From Leucoraja ocellata (lineage: Eukaryota): a DNA stretch of 64,000 nt. The notes beneath the pieces were generated by a model. It was not told where the DNA came from. It saw nothing but the letters and a program-made list of their open reading frames with translations, and searched no databases. Numbering within the stretch: the first letter of the stretch is position 1; the number at the start of each line of letters is the position of its first letter. Below, one piece after another: positions 61,894 to 64,000 of the stretch. The stretch spans positions 868,001 through 932,000 of the forward strand of contig JAWMAR010000140.1 of assembly GCA_036785375.1 (NCBI GenBank). Reading direction: 5' to 3'. Made by a program: the position numbers and the translations under genes.

Positions 61894-63039
61894 CATATTA
61901 ATGCTACAACAACCCCTGCAATGTTTGAGTGTCCTTTGGCATTTCCTTCTGAGTCCTCACAATTGCATTTTCGTGGAAATATCCACCCACTTTTCACAAT
62001 TGGGAAGATTTCTAATCCAAGGGCTGCTTTCTTGAACACAATATGTCAGAAATGTCCTGCATATGAGTCTGAATCTTGGACTCCGGCATCTATATAAAAT
62101 AATCCTGCACTATTTTGTGTCCATGTCAGTTTACCATGAGTCAAGGATTTGTTGCAGTTTTTTGTTTAGTTACAGAAATTGTGCCTGAATATAATATTCA
62201 TAACTCTCCTGGAAATCAGGCAGGATTGAGACTTATCAATTCTGAGCCAAAATTCCTTGAGCTGCAAACACCAAGTGAAAAGATGCTCACCTTTAGATTA
62301 TTCTGCTTTCTATCAATGTCCACTCACTGCAGGTACAATAATTCCACAACCACAACATTAAGACAATTATGGATAAAATCTTCTTTTCATCAGGGCCCAC
62401 AACCTTATTACCTCATTACCATTAGTTTTGAATCATCCATGTTCAATGAATCTGTTCCAGCCAATTATCTGGGATACTAAAGCTACTTGTTTACCACTTT
62501 ATAGTACTGCAGTATTAAATTCCAAGTTTAAGAGAATTCAACTAAATCAAATATAATTTGTATATGAACATAAAATCATCCCCTGACTCACAAAACTTTG
62601 TACCAATATGATCGTGAACATCTTTCATTAGTTTTCTCTTGGTGTATTTTGATGATAGAGCGGAAATGTGTACAGTGGTCACGGATCTCTTTATAACGGA
62701 TTTTGGTTATAACGGACTGACTTGCCGATGGCTGCCAAAGCCATCCCTGGCTCTCGTCACCACCCTGGCCACTTGCAATGCCAGATGCCTGTAAGTTGCT
62801 ACCAACTCGTGCCATGTCCCTGGCTGGCAGTTACCTGTATGCCATCCCCCCTCGCACTGCCTCCCTGGCCCCTTGCAACCCCAGCTGCCTGCATGCCACT
62901 ATTGGCTCGGGCTACCTCCCTGGGTACAGGCACCACACATGCCACCCACACCCAGGCTCACGGTATTTCCCTGGCCGCCAGCTGCCCACACACCAACCCT
63001 GGTTCTTGATTATGCTGGTGGCCTCGCCGAGGCACTATG

Positions 63040-63762
63040 AAGTTTAGATGGATTCAATGGAAAGGAGGTTGGTTTGTGTGATGGTCTAGATTGCATCCAC
63101 AATTCTCTGCAATTTCTTGAGGTCTTGAATGGAGCCGTTCCCAAACCTCGGTGTGCTGCATCCCGATAAGATGGTTTCTACAACGCATTTTTAGAAGTTG
63201 GTGAGCGTTGTTGGGGACATGCCGAACTTCCTAAACCTTCTGTGGAAGTAGAGGCATTGGTGTGCTTTCTTGGCCACTGTGTGGCTGGTCCAGATACGTC
63301 GCTGGTGATATTTATTCCTAGGAACCTGAAGCTTTCATCCATCTCTACTTTGGCACCATCAATGTCAACCAGAATCTATGCACTGCTTCACTTCCTGAAG
63401 TCAGTCACAATCTCCTTTGTCTTGCTGACATTGTTGGCTTGGCACCAGATAACAAGGTTCTCCATCTCCTTTCTGGATTCCGTCTCATCTTTATTTGATA
63501 TCTGGCCCACTACAGTGGTGTCGTCTGTGAACTTGGAAATTGAGTTGGATTGGCATTTCGCCACACAGTCATGAGTGCACAAGGAGTATAGAAGGGGGTT
63601 GAGAACACATCCCTGCAGGGCACCAGTGTGGAGGATTATCATAGAGGATCATTTGTCACCTATCCTCACCGATTGTGGTCTGTTGGTCAGGAAGTCGAGG
63701 AGTTGAGTGCTGACTCCAAATTCAACGAGTTTGGAGATGAGGTGGGTTGGGATAATGATGTT
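63040..63762 (-). mobile_element. Rex1/Babar RT fragment
   Basis: ORF 63388-63642: GALQGCVLNPLLYSLCTHDC...KFTDDTTVVG...SKTKEIVTDFRK; upstream [14 protein letters not shown]. Confidence 0.9.
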
Positions 63763-63767
63763 GAAAA

Positions 63768-63860
63768 CAGAAGATAGACACAAAAAGCTGGAGTAACTCA
63801 ACGGGACAGGCAACATCTCTGGAGAGTAGGAATGGGTGGCGGTCAGGTTGTGACCCTTCA
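63768..63860 (-). mobile_element. Penelope pLTR unit
   Basis: aagatagacacaaaaagctggagtaactcaacgggacaggcaacatctctggagag. Confidence 0.7.
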
Positions 63861-64000
63861 TTGAAAACTGCACAGCTATCATTTTGATACAAGTGTTTGA
63901 TAGTCAAACTGAAATGGATCAAGGGCAAATGATTGTGAGATTTCATTTTACCTTGTATGGTTGCAATTGACATTGAAGATTGCCTAGTGCTCATAAATGT

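Overview
Repeat-dense, AT-rich vertebrate genomic DNA. The repeat families (HE1-type V-SINEs, HER1/CR1 LINE tails, Poseidon-type Penelope elements) point to a cartilaginous fish, most likely a skate or ray; this is inferred from recalled family motifs, not a search. I recognise no intact host gene. The informative ORFs are fragments of retroelement RT/endonuclease genes (CR1, L2, L1/Tx1, Rex1/Babar, Vingi, Penelope GIY-YIG). The most striking pattern is about 30 short Penelope-derived terminal units, many retaining a minimal hammerhead-ribozyme-like core (CTGAAGA-stem II-GAAAC-GTC). Several are inserted on their own, often as fold-back dimers with 8-15 bp target-site duplications (TSDs), i.e. 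a candidate retrozyme-like system. Also present: four PIF/Harbinger-like MITEs with a shared terminus (three inserted at TAA sites inside other retroelements), two TAG..CTA DNA elements with 7-bp TSDs and an outward-facing splice donor, two hAT elements with 8-bp TSDs, Rex1-tailed non-autonomous elements with covarying 3' hairpins, several multi-level nests, and a 136-N assembly gap. Coordinates were counted by eye: TSD/TIR positions should be within a few bp, fragment edges within about 10-20 bp.
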